The position numbers were made by a program, and so were the translations under genes. The notes under the pieces are model-generated. The model searched no databases. It was not told the DNA's origin and saw only the letters and a list, made by a program, of their open reading frames with translations. A stretch of 63,998 nucleotides of DNA, filler included, from Dimargaris cristalligena (taxonomy: Eukaryota): NCBI GenBank assembly GCA_003614675.1. It is 3 parts of 3 records of this genome, joined end to end, with 100 filler letters (N's around TTAATTAATTAA, not from the genome) between each part and the next. Parts side by side here need not be neighbours in the genome. Positions count along the whole stretch, not along the records: positions 1 to 22,040 come from ML002644.1; positions 22,141 to 44,161 come from ML002645.1; 1 more part is not named here. The stretch is one strand, 5' to 3'. Positions 11,343 to 24,071 of this stretch are shown piece by piece; within the stretch, counting starts at the first letter, position 1, and each line of letters starts with the position of its first letter.

Positions 11343-12916
11343 GTATGAAACCTGAAACTGATACCTTCCCATCGCAGCGTTGGCTCAACAACCGGAAAAG
11401 GAGTGGTTTGGTGGGCCGCATACTCTACTGGCGGTGTCTGCTCCAGGCTTGGCCGGGAAGGAGTCAGCGGTACCTAGCTCCTCTTTCGAACTACCGCCTA
11501 TGATGTTTGCACCTGTTAAAAATAAATATTGATGTGATTTGTAACCCAAGCACTTTCGTTGGTCTATTCTAATATAGTGGCCGCTGAACGGGGGTGGTAA
11601 ATGTACGAACTGTGAATTCAAGGGGGGGGGGGGTGTTAAGTGGAAAGCCACCAATACAATTAAGTCTACCGCTGAGGGCGGCTGATCAGGCCAAGTTGGC
11701 TTACCCTTAAGCTGCCTAATTGATGAAATCATGACGTACTTGGGATGCAAAATCGCCCAGGCTGGAATGCATTAGCACTCTGGGTATGCAGAGTCAACAC
11801 AGCGGTGCCAAGGCCAAGGCCAAGCCGATGCCCTTGACCCGAGAGCGGGGTGATATTGAACGGGAATCCCTTAATGGGGGAACAGAGTGCCCGCTAGGCT
11901 CGCGGTATGACGCTATAATGGCCTAGGGAATCTCGGTGCTTTCGGAAAGGATCAGCCTACAATGACCTAACTATCGCATACCGGTTCAGACAAGTGCGTA
12001 GGGTGGTGGTGATATATGTAAAGAAATGTCGTTTTTGCCTGAGTCAGGTCAGTCTCAAACGGTTGAAACGGATATCAGTAATGCCGGAAGGGGGTTGATT
12101 CGGAATGATTGGTGTTTCAACCCAAACACACGGTAACGGTAACAGTAACAGTAGCGAATGCCGTCTAGTAACCAGAAATTCCAGAACCGAGCTAGCTCAT
12201 TTACAGCAAAGCTACCCTATGGGGTGACTATAGTAGCGACCAGTGAAAAAACCGAAACGGGGTTGGCAAGGCCATCCTCCTAAAACGTAGGTGAGGTGGT
12301 AGCCATACCATCAAGGCCCGTGGCCCACCCACATCGTATACCTACATATATAATAGTACCAGAGCTATGGTTGGCTGGTGAACAGAGTGGAAGGGGTTAA
12401 TCATCTCACCCCAGACAATAGCATCGCGATCGGTTGTATATCCGAAGTTTAAAGAATGAAATAACCAATGGCGGGCATAAAGGGCTTATTCGGTGGGTAT
12501 TCGGAAAGGCTTATCAGGCCCAATGGGGTGTTTAAAGTGGTGATATGCCCCCCTTCTCCGCTTATACGATTAAGTGCATGATTGCGGGTGGGACGGCACT
12601 GTCGATATATACAATTGTCCACGAGGCAGGTGTCGACGGGAGTGTCTCCACTTTAGCCCTAGATATGCCTGTCGGACCATTTTAAAGTCACCGATATCGA
12701 CGAACACCCCGATACCGCCTAGGTTCTAACCCAATTAGTCCATGTCTTCTCCATAATAGGAATATTAGCGATGATACATGCAAAACCCCCTGCTCTATAC
12801 AATATTCACAGCCCACCGCCAATAAGTACATGGTCCTCCGCATGGAAACGATGTCGTGGGTACAGCCACATACATAATTCGTTCTCGCCCCCCCTACCTC
12901 CATGTACGAAAACCAA

Positions 12917-13058
12917 TATGGGTGAAATTCAAACCAGCTGTATAAGGTTTTACATAATACATGTATGGTTGAATATATGTGAGAATGGCTTTTAACCAGT
13001 AATATTGGCCTCATCCAATGGATTTTTCATTATACCGTCTGAATGAACTTCTCTCATA
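12917..13058 (+). mobile_element. MITE family copy 3
   Basis: TATGGGTGAAATTCAAACCAGCTGTATAAGG ... TTATACCGTCTGAATGAACTTCTCTCATA. Confidence 0.85.
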
Positions 13059-15636
13059 TCGATTTAGAATCGCTCATGCGCCCATGGCCATTGTATTCCT
13101 CGAATGCTATTTCCACTTTTAAATGGGAGATGGTGTAGGAGGGAGAGATACGAGATTATCCACTTCCAACAATTGTCATCGTAAGTCGTTTGATGGTTTC
13201 CAATGAGAATCGCGCTACTCTAAGAATGGAGATGGATAATCCCGAGCCACTCCACTGGGCCAATTGGTAGAAATGCTTATAGTCAGAGGAAATCCACCCG
13301 TATCACACTACTGCATCTCGCCGCCCCCATCTATCTCTGGGCCATGGAATTGGGAGGTACATATGGGCACAGGAGGGGGTTATACACTCGTATATACCCC
13401 CCCCCTTATCTATACGATTTTTCAAATAAAAAATAAATCGGGCGCTTCCTATACGAGATCAATTAATACAAAGCAACAGCAATCCTTCCTTCCTAAATGG
13501 CCAGATGGCTCTAAACTATCCATATTTTTAGGAGGACTAGGTCGCCTATTGGTATAGACTCTTAGTTGTAAGCCTACCCTACGCAAACCCATCCGGCTTT
13601 CGCAAATGCCAATTGGTACCACGGTTTTATATTTCGATTTGTTCGTGGTTAGTTCATTCAAGCGAATGCAGCAAGGATTGCTTAGGGAATGAAACCCATT
13701 GGCTGTCACTACTGGGAAGGAGGCTCCCCTGCAACCCTTCCCCGTCTCTTCCACCCGCGCACCACACAGGGCCCCTCCCACTGAAATGGATAAACCCGCC
13801 GTTCCCTGCCATGATTATAGAGCACCGCCATATAGGTAGAGGTCCCAGACTTGGTGTAGAGGAAGAGTGGTTCACTCCCCGGTCTCTGCTCCCGGGACCA
13901 CCCGCCTGCTAGTTTAGCTGCATTATACATATAAGCTGGACTGCCCTCCCCTGTCTCACCGATTCCACTAGCGACATTATAGTCCCGCTTTTTATTTGAG
14001 TTTGGATATTCTCCCCTTTTCTATTTACAAGCTACCGATACTGCTTGCTCTAGGTATGTTATATTGCCCCCATCTACCCAATACCTTTTATTATCCAGTC
14101 GCACTGACACCACTGGCCCCCTGTCCCGTTTACTACCCAAGTCTACATACTGAGCCCTGTCGCCCACACGTGCTGACAGTAACGGGTTTGTACTACGGCA
14201 GCATTGAATTAAACAGTCTCTACTGAATTCTATTCATTACTACCACAATCAATAGCTTACCGGTTACGAACTGAGCGCCCCTTAATCCACCGCCAACTCA
14301 CACTAGCACCGCCCTTTGTGCCTTCTAATAACTTAGCCATCTTCGGTTAGGCCCCTGTACAGAGTCTCCTAGTAGTGCCTCATTTTCTCCACCTCGCCGT
14401 AAGACCGGAGTGACCTGTACTTTTCCTAGGCCCGCCGTCTCTACCCACCCATTCCGCCCCCTACTTCCCCCCTCCCCATTTTCGAGGTGCCCCTGATTGC
14501 CGTGCCCCCCGTTATCGGCCCTCATCTATATTTAAAACCTCCCCGAATTCTCTCCAGACTGATCGAGTGGTTTCAGCATCCGTGCCTGAAAAGAGAGACT
14601 CTAGCGACCCCCAGACCTGGTGTATGAGCAATACCATTTAACCCCCTTCCCCACACATTTTGTTTTGCCTTCTTACTTTCTTTGGATTTCTACGGTGACA
14701 CCGCTGGTTTCTGACTTTCATTCATTTAACGACCGTCCTAATCACATCAACCGGTCCTTGCACAGTTCCTAAACCGGTCTGGTTTTATGAGGTTTATTAG
14801 AGCCTGTCTCGCTCTGCATCTCACTACCCTTATTATAGGATAATAATTACTGACCTTGGCCTGTCCTCATCTGCTTGTTTAGGTGACCAGTGTCTCTTTT
14901 TTTTACACTACCGCGTCTCTTTCTTCCTTTAATTTGGTGTTATCACTCGCTTGGTGGTTCACTGTAGCTTTGCCTTTAGTGCACTTGACGTTCCATTTCT
15001 GCATTAACGCAGACGCTTTCATCGACGAAGCCGCTTCTAGTGCCCCCCCCACCACGACCTTCCAACGAAGTTTTCCATTGGAGCCTACGCCCGTCATTTT
15101 GTTAGGCTCGAACTATTATTATATTGGTCTGGTTCGTTGTTCCAACGTCCATCGCCCCTCCTGAACCTGATATTACAAAATCGGCCATTGGCCTAACCCT
15201 TACGACTCAATATAAAGACTTGCGTATTCGGCATCGCTAACCAGCTGCCCACCAAACCCACTTCCTGACCATTTGACTGGCGCAGTTCGCCTTTTCTTGT
15301 GTCCCTTTCGACTGATATATACATGTATATCACCCTTTTGTTTCGTCATCATCGCCCTATTTAACCCCCTAATTCTGAACAGGGGCCTCCCTGTATTGCT
15401 ATAACCACCTTATTGAAACTCCCTCCCCCCTGCCCGGGTTATCCTTGCGAGTTGAAATTTACCGCACCCCACTGACCTCATATACCCCAACCATTTTTCG
15501 GGCGAACGGACAAACTCGCAGCCTACTGCTATTCCTCGTTTACACATTCCAAACCACCGATCACTTCCATCCATTGCCGCCCGACTTCCACGGTCAACAA
15601 CCACGCCGACAACGATAAAAAAATACATCATTAAAT

Positions 15637-17439
15637 ATGGATACCATGTCAGTTCAAGCACACTCAGTCAATCCAACCCTGTACAGCGTAGCCATGGGTC
15701 CCGCTGCAGCCTCCCACAACCACCACCACCACCGCCCGGAGAAGCTGGCGCTACTGGGCTACGATACACCCGATGACACGGGCAGCCCTAATGCATCGGA
15801 GCTTTACTCCTGCACCTTGACCAATGAGTCGACCCCCTCTTTGTCGCCCACCTGCTCCCTCCACGACGGTTCCGATCGCCACTTGTCAACCAACGTCAGT
15901 AGCAAGTCCCTTCCCCCATCTCCAACATCCCTCCGGTCCGTCGGCGACGACGACCTTCTGACCCAGGAGGAGGACGTATCCACTACAGATACCTTCATTA
16001 TCAAGGCCAGTGAAGGCCCTGGCAACAATACCCCTGCACCGGGGACGGCTGCTTCTATTGGTGAAACACTGGTTCATAGCCGCAGCGTGTCACCCGACCG
16101 ATGGAAGGATGAGTTTGTTCGTATCGTCGGCCACCTTCCGCCATGCGGACGGACTTCTTTGGAAACCGATGTCCCCCAAGAGGCATCATCATCCACGCCA
16201 GCTCCGAAACGGCGTAGTAATGGAAGCAGCGGCCATCACAGCCAACACCCAATCTGGACGGGTCGACTTTCGAAGTTGGGGAACAATTACCAGCCGTCCC
16301 CCTTGACCCGCAATTCGTTCTCCAGCTCCGATGAATCGAAGCATGTGCCTGGTACTAATGGCGCTCACGATACCATGACCAACGCCATCCCCCATCCCGC
16401 TTTTTCAGTTCCAGCCGGCCCCGCCTCAACTCGATCCGAGCCTATCCAAAACTCATCCTCCCGAATGGCCGCCATCGAGCGCTCGGCCACTAGTTTGCCG
16501 GGCGCGGCTCGTGGTCCGGTCAAGGATGCCGCCCTGTTAGATTACCTGCCGTTCAAGTACTCGGGGGATAGTGCCAAGCGGTCGAATCTCAAACACGCTT
16601 ACTTGGCCCGGTCCACCCATGTGGGTTTGCCCGAGGATGAATTCCCGCTGCTGTTTCAAACCGCCGAACAGCGGTCTCGCTCCTTATCCGCCGGTAATGC
16701 CAGACGCCTCGCGTTGGAATCGGGCCGTTCCCTGCCCAGTCGACAGCGGCCGAATACTCTCACAGACCGGTCGATACCCAAACCTATGCAACGCGCTCTG
16801 GGTTGCGAACCTAACTACCGATTGGTGATGAACTATCCCGAGATGGTGGATACCCCCAGCTTGATTAATCCGGACGGCCAGCAGGCCAAGAACAGCTACT
16901 TCGCTGGTTATGTGCGCAAGCGCTCGGGCATGGTCCAGGTAAGCTTATATCCCAGCGTGTCTTTATATATAAAAAGCGGAGATGCCAGTCTAGAGGTTTG
17001 GCCGTCGTTGAACATTGCAGTTGGACTTACTCAGTAAGCGGCCTTCAGCCGTGCGCTAACTCTGCATCACCGTATCGACTTGTGATTCTAACCCTGTGAC
17101 CATACATGCCTTGTTTGAAATATCCCATATATCTAGTACTTCATCGGCTCTCTCTTCGCCCATGAGCGATGGATTCTGGAGGGAAACGCCAAAATCGCCG
17201 TGGGTCGGGCCCAAATGCACCTGGCGATGGAACTCAAAGCCAAGAGGCCCCAACAAACCGAGGACCAGTCACCTGACGGGTCCACTAACAACCGCCTGAG
17301 CCACTCGGTGCCGAGTCCCCAACTAGGCCCTGCCCGGCAGACTCGGCCCCCCATCCCTCCAATGGCCCACCAAGGGCTTGCTAACATTGGCGGGTCTCAG
17401 CCCTGCGCTATGCAATCCATGGCCGCCTTAGTGGTGTAA
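15637..17439 (+). CDS. Hypothetical Ser/Pro-rich protein with a C-terminal CsbD-like motif; exons 15637-16938 and 17137-17439, about 534 aa
   Basis: Long ORF with a CAG|GTAAGC donor at 16938/9 and a TAG acceptor at 17136. The phase-0 join reads 'FAGYVRKRSGMVQYFIGSLFAHERWILEGNAKIAVGRAQ'. Confidence 0.7.
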
Positions 17440-19096
17440 TCAGGTAGTTGTATAAACATTCCAATTTTGCTGGAATGTTATTACACCACTACCACTTAAA
17501 TTGGGAAATGGTTACTGAACACGCCCACCTGTCCTGATTTACCCTGCCTTTTATAACATACACCTATCCGTGGGTTCGATCCCACCAGCGCGCTTTCCCC
17601 CTGGAGTAATTCCCAGTAAATATAACCACTTCATCTATCACTCGGGGGCTCCACCCCATCCTAAAAACCTACCATATACATTATATATACCCTTAGGCCC
17701 TACGACCCCATATCCATTCTGCATGACTTTATTACGACAATTTTCTGTTATTTGATGAGCTCTGATCTCGTAATGTTGATTATTTGCGCGGACCTGCGGG
17801 TTTATACTGCTGTTTGCTATAAAACCTACCGGGACGCGCACTGCACCTATTTTATGTTATCTTTTTATACCTCCTCCCTTATCGCTCATGTCAACCAGTC
17901 CGGTTTATCTCAATTATTACCCCCATTAACACCCCAAAGTCGGTGACAGTTACTGCGTTGGTGATAATATTGGAACGAATATTCCCCACATATCTTACTG
18001 TTTACTCGACCTATCTTTACGCCTTAATGTACATTAGGATTATAATACAATATCGTTTAGCGACTACTTCGGCAATCACTTCCCAATACAATCCGCATTT
18101 TCCATTGCTAGGCTGGACGTCGCACTATTTATAGACCGGTGGAGTGGTCAGGGCACTGTGGAGGTGTGGTAGTTTGACTGTTGCCAAGTATGGTGGGTAA
18201 TTTCCGGACAGTCGGTTTGTAGTGTTGCATAGTACGGAACTTGGGCATACGGGGATGGACCAGGAAAGTGTATTACCTGACCCAACTCGCTAAGGGTTGC
18301 CGGCTTTATTTACTTTAACGTGATTGTATGGCCATGTCGCGTTATGCGGGGCCAAGTCAGCGCCCCCACAGTACACAGTCCACTGACCCGCAGGTAGTTG
18401 GGCCCTCGCCATACAGACCGCCCTGTAGGTCACCATTTGGCTAATTATTTTGGGTGCCAGGCAACTGTCGACTGTAATCGAATCGATAGGCCAGCAGGGT
18501 GCAAGAGGGTGAATGGGCTGGGGTAGTTACGTGTGCCGCGGCTGTGAATGGCTTCCCCTGGGGGGGGATGGTTAATGGGGCCTGGTTGACCTGGGAGGCC
18601 ATCCATCGACCTTAGTGTGCACATTACAATGGGGTGAGGGAAGCAGCCACAGGCCCAGTCAAGTACAAGAATAGTATAACAGGATACACCCCGAGCCGGG
18701 GCAATACTCCATGTTTTAGGGTTTAAAAATACTCTTCGGCGGAGGACAAGTGGGCTGGTATGCTCCTTTTCTTCACTTTAAATAGAACCCTAGACGGATA
18801 CTAATATTGGTCAGTTTTGGCCGCCTAATTTTTGCTGTTTACATACCTTTCCTTTTCTAGTTATATATACTACTGCCCCATAAGTTGCTTAATATTCTGT
18901 GTCTCAAACCGTTACTTTACCACGCTGCTTCTCCAGAAACACCTCGATCGCCCGGCTACCCTTTCCTCGCTGGAATTGGCGACAGCCGCCACTGCTACCT
19001 GGGCCATTCCCTTCTAAAGTGGCATTCACCCTGCACATAAATCGTACCATACGACACGTGCTCCGTTATTTCAACCCCAGCCTTTTCAGGTCAACC

Positions 19097-20028
19097 ATGC
19101 TAGGTAAAATATGCGCCTTCAATTAGTCTAATACCATTTCTTAAGACATTTTTTTAGCATAGTATCCTATTTTCGTGTGGGCGTGGAAGCGTGTGTACCA
19201 TGCCATACATTTGCACCACCCTGGGCCATCAACGTGGGATTGCCCTTCCTCCCACCCCCACCCACACTCGCCATCTCCACTTAACTGTACTGGAACTAAA
19301 ACTGATTCACATTGAAAGGGTCATATTCCTGTTAATCACCACTAGGTACCGATTCACTCAACCGGTTCTTCGGATGCCGACCGGGACGGCCCACGCAAGT
19401 CTACAGCGTTAAACGAAAATCCCTATTCAGTTCCACCAAGTATTTTTATAACGAGAAAAAAGCACTCGTCTACATCAAGGAGGAGCCCAAGCAATTCGAG
19501 AATCTCAAGACTCTGCGCCTAGCGGATAACCCGCGGGCCATTTGGGACATCTCCACCCACCCGTTCGACAAGTACTGTTTGGATACCCAGCCGGACATTG
19601 CGCCGCTGGATCTCAAAACCGCCCGCAAGCGCCGGCCGGAAGACCAGCCCAAGCGCCACGCGCCCGTCAAATGCCCCACCGAGCAGGACTTTGACGAGCA
19701 GGTGTACACAAATCGACTCACCAACGACCAGATCACGGTTACCCGACACGTGGACTGGTTCACCCTTTATTTCGTGTTTATGTGGCAGTCCGAGGAGTAC
19801 CGCTGGGAAACCGGCATTACCCTGACCCACTACAAGTGCGTTCGGCGGCGTACGGGACGGACCGTGGCTGAGTTTAGCCGGAACCCATTGTTCGGTAAAA
19901 CCCATGGCAAACTAAAATTCTACACGAGTCGGCGCATGACCTCCCAGTTTCGGGAATTTCTCATGATTACGCTACTAAACGTGTTTGAGCTGGCCGAGGA
20001 TAACCAGCTGATGGCTTTCGGGTGGTAG
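19097..20028 (+). CDS. Hypothetical protein, possibly Tubby-C/LURP-one-like beta-barrel; exons 19097-19103 and 19346-20028, about 229 aa
   Basis: ATGCTAG|GTAAAA micro-exon spliced to the TAG acceptor at 19345 gives an open frame with coding-like codon use. Beta-rich pattern 'YFVFMWQSEEYRWE...YKCVRRRTGRTVAEFSR...GKLKFY' followed by a terminal hydrophobic helix 'FREFLMITLL'. Confidence 0.7.
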
Positions 20029-21804
20029 GTGCCTTGTCCATATCGGCAATAGAAGTTTCGCGGCGCTAGTGGAAGACTACTCGACAGTTATTTTCTTTCG
20101 TGATTTAATATATAAGCTCATTATTAAGGAGCAGCACCGTTTTAGAGTAGCTTACTTTTCCACCTTGACTATGATACATCACCCAATGTCCACTCCAACT
20201 AATTTGCAACTATAATAAAATATACCATAATCTCCCAAGCCTCGATTAATCCTGTGCGCCAGCTATTTATATAGAATTCCTGTGGCAGTTTAAAGAGGCA
20301 TTCATTTACAGAGTGAGGGGTAGGGAAATGGTGATGGTAGCATCCTACCTGGATTTGATTGACCGACCTTAATTCATACATATCACTGATGTCACCTTGA
20401 GGCTATACCTTTTTGCATCCCCGACTTGAAATAACAAAAACTCATACAACAGATATATCCCATATCGAGCCGCAATTTTAAGGTGAGTCCAAACCTACTA
20501 ACACTAGGCATTATAACTATTATCGGTGCAGCTCACTGGAAATGTTACGACATTAGCCAAGTTTAGGACCCTGCCCCAACATCCCACGTCAAAGCCGAAA
20601 ACCTTCCAACAGCTCTTAGCCGAGAAATATATATCGTCGGGGTGACTCTATTTCTATTTCCACATTAGCCTACAGCCCATTCCTAGAAATAATGGACCTC
20701 GGAATCAAGCGATCACCTGGTAATTTCTCGGGCGTTATCTCCCTCCCTTTGGGGCTAATACATAATATATTATTGGAAGTCCCTTTCCCATGCCACTGTT
20801 GCTACATATGACACCGATCATTAGTTTTGGGCAACTGTCCCCTTGGTTAGCGTCGTCGACCTCCGTGCAGTCGCGGGCTTACTAATGCCCCCGCATACAA
20901 CAATGCGGAGGTACTTACTAGTCTGTTGTATTACCGCTGGGAATTTGAGTAATTATGTGGACATTTTTTGCATTAGACTAATTTCCGTTTCCATATGGCC
21001 AAATGGAACCATCGAACACTACACCCACCATTTATGGAAGCGGCAATCGATATAATGAAATGGCTAGTGTGGGAATTAATCCCAGTCTTAGTAAGCAGTG
21101 TAGCAGATATTTTGCTTGGCGATAATTTTTTATGGCCAAGTGAGATTTTACCCATAACGAGCTATACGTAGCAGAATATCAAAAAGTGATGGAGGATAAA
21201 GGTGGCAATAGCGACTACAAGTCTAGCGAGTGTACAACATGGCATCGTCACCCCTCAGCCTCACACTAGTCAGGCCTAACTATATCAGGGGCAATCAAAT
21301 TGTTTCGCCGCAAGCAAACTTACACGCCGGCGATAGTCGCCTAAATCTATTCAACAGTATAACGGGGTGTCAAAACTAGTGGACCAAGTGCTTGGATTAA
21401 TAAGCACCTGGTCATCTCGAACAGATGATCAGCCAACGCAGTTTATATTTTCCGCATAAGCGAGCAACGGGCTACGGCCGACAAGTATGTGGGGATAACC
21501 AACTTACGGTTGATCTCCCTAGACTAATGGCGCAATCCTTGTTGTTTTTTGGCTATTCCTGAAACAGGTCGCGGAGTATAAAATGACCGATGAGTACCGT
21601 CTCCCTAGCCATCACTATCTCCGCATCGCTTAAGATTTATTGTAAACGAAACCGCAATTATTTTCTCAGCTCGACCATATTACACTTAACTTTTCTGCTC
21701 TATTACATCCAACCCTACGTTTATTAATCGGCTTTTCCCTACCTTGGCAAATTCTTTGATTCACCGCTAATTACCTACCTGTATTCCCACATTCATTTCA
21801 AAGT

Positions 21805-22040
21805 ATGTCCTCCCAAAGCACCTATACACTAAACTCCGGGGCTAAAATCCCTGCTGTTGGATTTGGGACATGGCGTTCGGGGGAGACGAAGGACATTGTC
21901 AAAGAGGTCTTGCGCATTGGTTACCGGCATATCGACTGCGCGGCGATCTACGGAAACCAGGAAGAGGTGGGCGAGGCCCTTCGCGAAAGCGAGGTGCCCC
22001 GTGATCAGATTTGGGTCACCTCCAAACTGTGGAACACCGA
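21805..22040 (+). CDS. Aldo-keto reductase, 5' part only (cut by contig end)
   Basis: '[16 protein letters not shown]...[21 protein letters not shown]...[13 protein letters not shown]' contains the AKR catalytic Asp, Tyr and Lys motifs. The sequence runs into Ns. Confidence 0.93.
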
Positions 22041-22140
22041 NNNNNNNNNNNNNNNNNNNNNNNNNNNNNNNNNNNNNNNNNNNNTTAATTAATTAANNNN
22101 NNNNNNNNNNNNNNNNNNNNNNNNNNNNNNNNNNNNNNNN
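22041..22140. other. Artificial contig spacer (N-TTAATTAATTAA-N)
   Basis: N run containing a six-frame-stop linker at 22085-22096. Different genes are truncated on each side. Confidence 0.97.
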
Positions 22141-22142
22141 AC

Positions 22143-24071
22143 AATAGTACTACGCCCACTACTCGCAGTAGCAGTAGCAGTCCAGTTACTCGCCCGGTAG
22201 GAGGGGGCAGCAGTAGTAAAGATACTGCAACTACTCACAGATCACCGGTTCGACAGTCATCCCGGCGGATCTTGCAGCAACAGCAACTGAATCATGCTTC
22301 CTCCCATCCGCTGGCCCTATCATCGTCGTCGTTGTCGACATCTTCAACCACCCCTGACTCGGCGGTATCCCCGTTAACGGTGATGGTGGCGGCAGCAGTA
22401 GGGGAGCGACAGCAACAGGGCGAAAAGGAGGCTACCCCTGAAATGACACTACTCGCTTTAGATGACGGTAGTGGCGGGGCCTCCTCCTCAAATAGTGGGG
22501 CGGAATCGGCCGACGTAGTGGACGGGTTTAGTTTAACCGATGGGGAAGACGAGGTGATGGCCAGTCAACATCACCACAACCACCATAACCATCAGGAAGT
22601 GGGGGGGCGGACCGGGTCCCAACGTCGCCGATCCCCCCATCCGACTACGGTAACCGCGGGATCCGCCGATGATACCGCGTCATTTACTTCAAGTAGTGAC
22701 CGAAGCAGCACGAGTGGTGGTAGTAATAATGGTGGTGGATCGTCCGCTTCCTCCTCCCCCGTCGTGGCCGCCCGGAAAACGACCGCGTCGTCCGGTCGCC
22801 GATCCTGCATTTCCTGCAAAAGCTCCAACACCCCCTGCTGGCGTCCCGGTTGGGATAATAACATTTCCCTGTGCAACTCTTGTGGTTTACGGTAAGTAGT
22901 AGTGATATAGAGGCCAATCTACAGATGGATTGGGTTGGATTTGATTTGATTTGATTTGATTTGGTTATTATTTTTTTGGTTTGATTTGATTTGACTTGGC
23001 GTACTTTCGGAGGGGGGGTGTACCATGTTGTGGACGGGCGGAGGGAAGGAACGAAGGGGGCATTGTGATGTAGGGAATGTGTACTTTCTGTTCTTTTCTT
23101 CTCCTCCCCTCATACCCTGGACGAAGGAATGTGCTATTCTTCTATTCTAGTCGGGACCATCGTTATTCTCCGTCAAATCTCTTCACTTCTAGACTCCTAC
23201 CCCTCCTCCTCCCGTACTCGCGCTCCGTGCCGGCTTGCGCTATTTTTCCTCCGAAGTGGTGCAAATGGGCTTTGATTCACATTGGGAGGCATTCTTGTGC
23301 GACTCTATTACTCTTTCTAGAGTGGTGAATCGGAGGGACGATGGTGGAGGAAGAGAGCAGGGCAGGGCAAGGATATAGAGACCGGACGGGACAGGATGGT
23401 GACCCCGAAAAAAGCACGCGGCCAATACACGATCCCCATTGGGGTGTGTGTGTGTGTATTGGTCCGCTGGTTGTCAAATGATCTGAAATTGGGGGAAGGG
23501 GGTATTGCAAGTTCCACAACCACCATTGATAGGAAGTGAGAGTGAGGGTGGATAGTGGTTTGGAATCATAGTCGGTGTTGTGTCTATCGATGGATCATCG
23601 ACAGTGGCGTGCCTTTTACCCTTCCCCCTCGCATTCTTCGCTCCCCCTCTCTCCCTGATCCTTCGTATCCGGTCACTTGACACATTCTTGCACTTGAAAC
23701 CTTTGGCCATAATAATAATAATAATAATAATGGCGACATCCCCCTCTGTTACGCCACTATTTACTTCCACCGTTATGAACGGAACCAGCAATCCTGGAAA
23801 CCCTAAATCATGACCTAAGGACTGCAAACGATGACACTAGATATGCTTAATTGTCATCCGAACTGTACTAATTACCTATCCCCACATGTATCCTACTGTA
23901 TTTCTTTCCAATCCATTGATCTTGATACAATCTACAATTACCGCGGATCCGAATCATTACAGCTACAAGAAGTCCAAGATCTACTGCAAGAAGTGTCTCT
24001 ACGTTCCGCTCAAGAGTGAAATCCAGCCCGGTTTAAAGCATACTTGCACTAAATGCTCGCACGTTTCCTAA
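22143..24071 (+). CDS. Ash1-type GATA zinc-finger transcription factor, 5'-truncated; exons <22143-22891 and 23963-24071
   Basis: 'CISCKSSNTPCWRPGWDNNISLCNSCGLR|YKKSKIYCKKCLYVPLKSEI...CTKCSH' is joined across a 1071-nt GTAAGT...CAG intron. The frame is open back to the contig edge. Confidence 0.85.
22936..22993 (+). repeat. (TTGAT)n pentanucleotide repeats in the GATA-gene intron
   Basis: Seen directly; two blocks interrupted by a T-rich spacer. Confidence 0.85.

Noticed and set aside
17569..17590. T-arm/B-box-like hairpin GTGGGTTCGATCCCAC
   Set aside because: The loop is only 6 nt and no D-arm, anticodon arm or acceptor stem can be built upstream; not a tRNA call.
22085..22096. Palindrome TTAATTAATTAA (also at 44206-44217)
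   Set aside because: Synthetic six-frame stop spacer, not biological.
21805..24071. Apparent AKR-GATA fusion or adjacency
   Set aside because: Separated by an artificial contig linker, so the true distance and adjacency are unknown.
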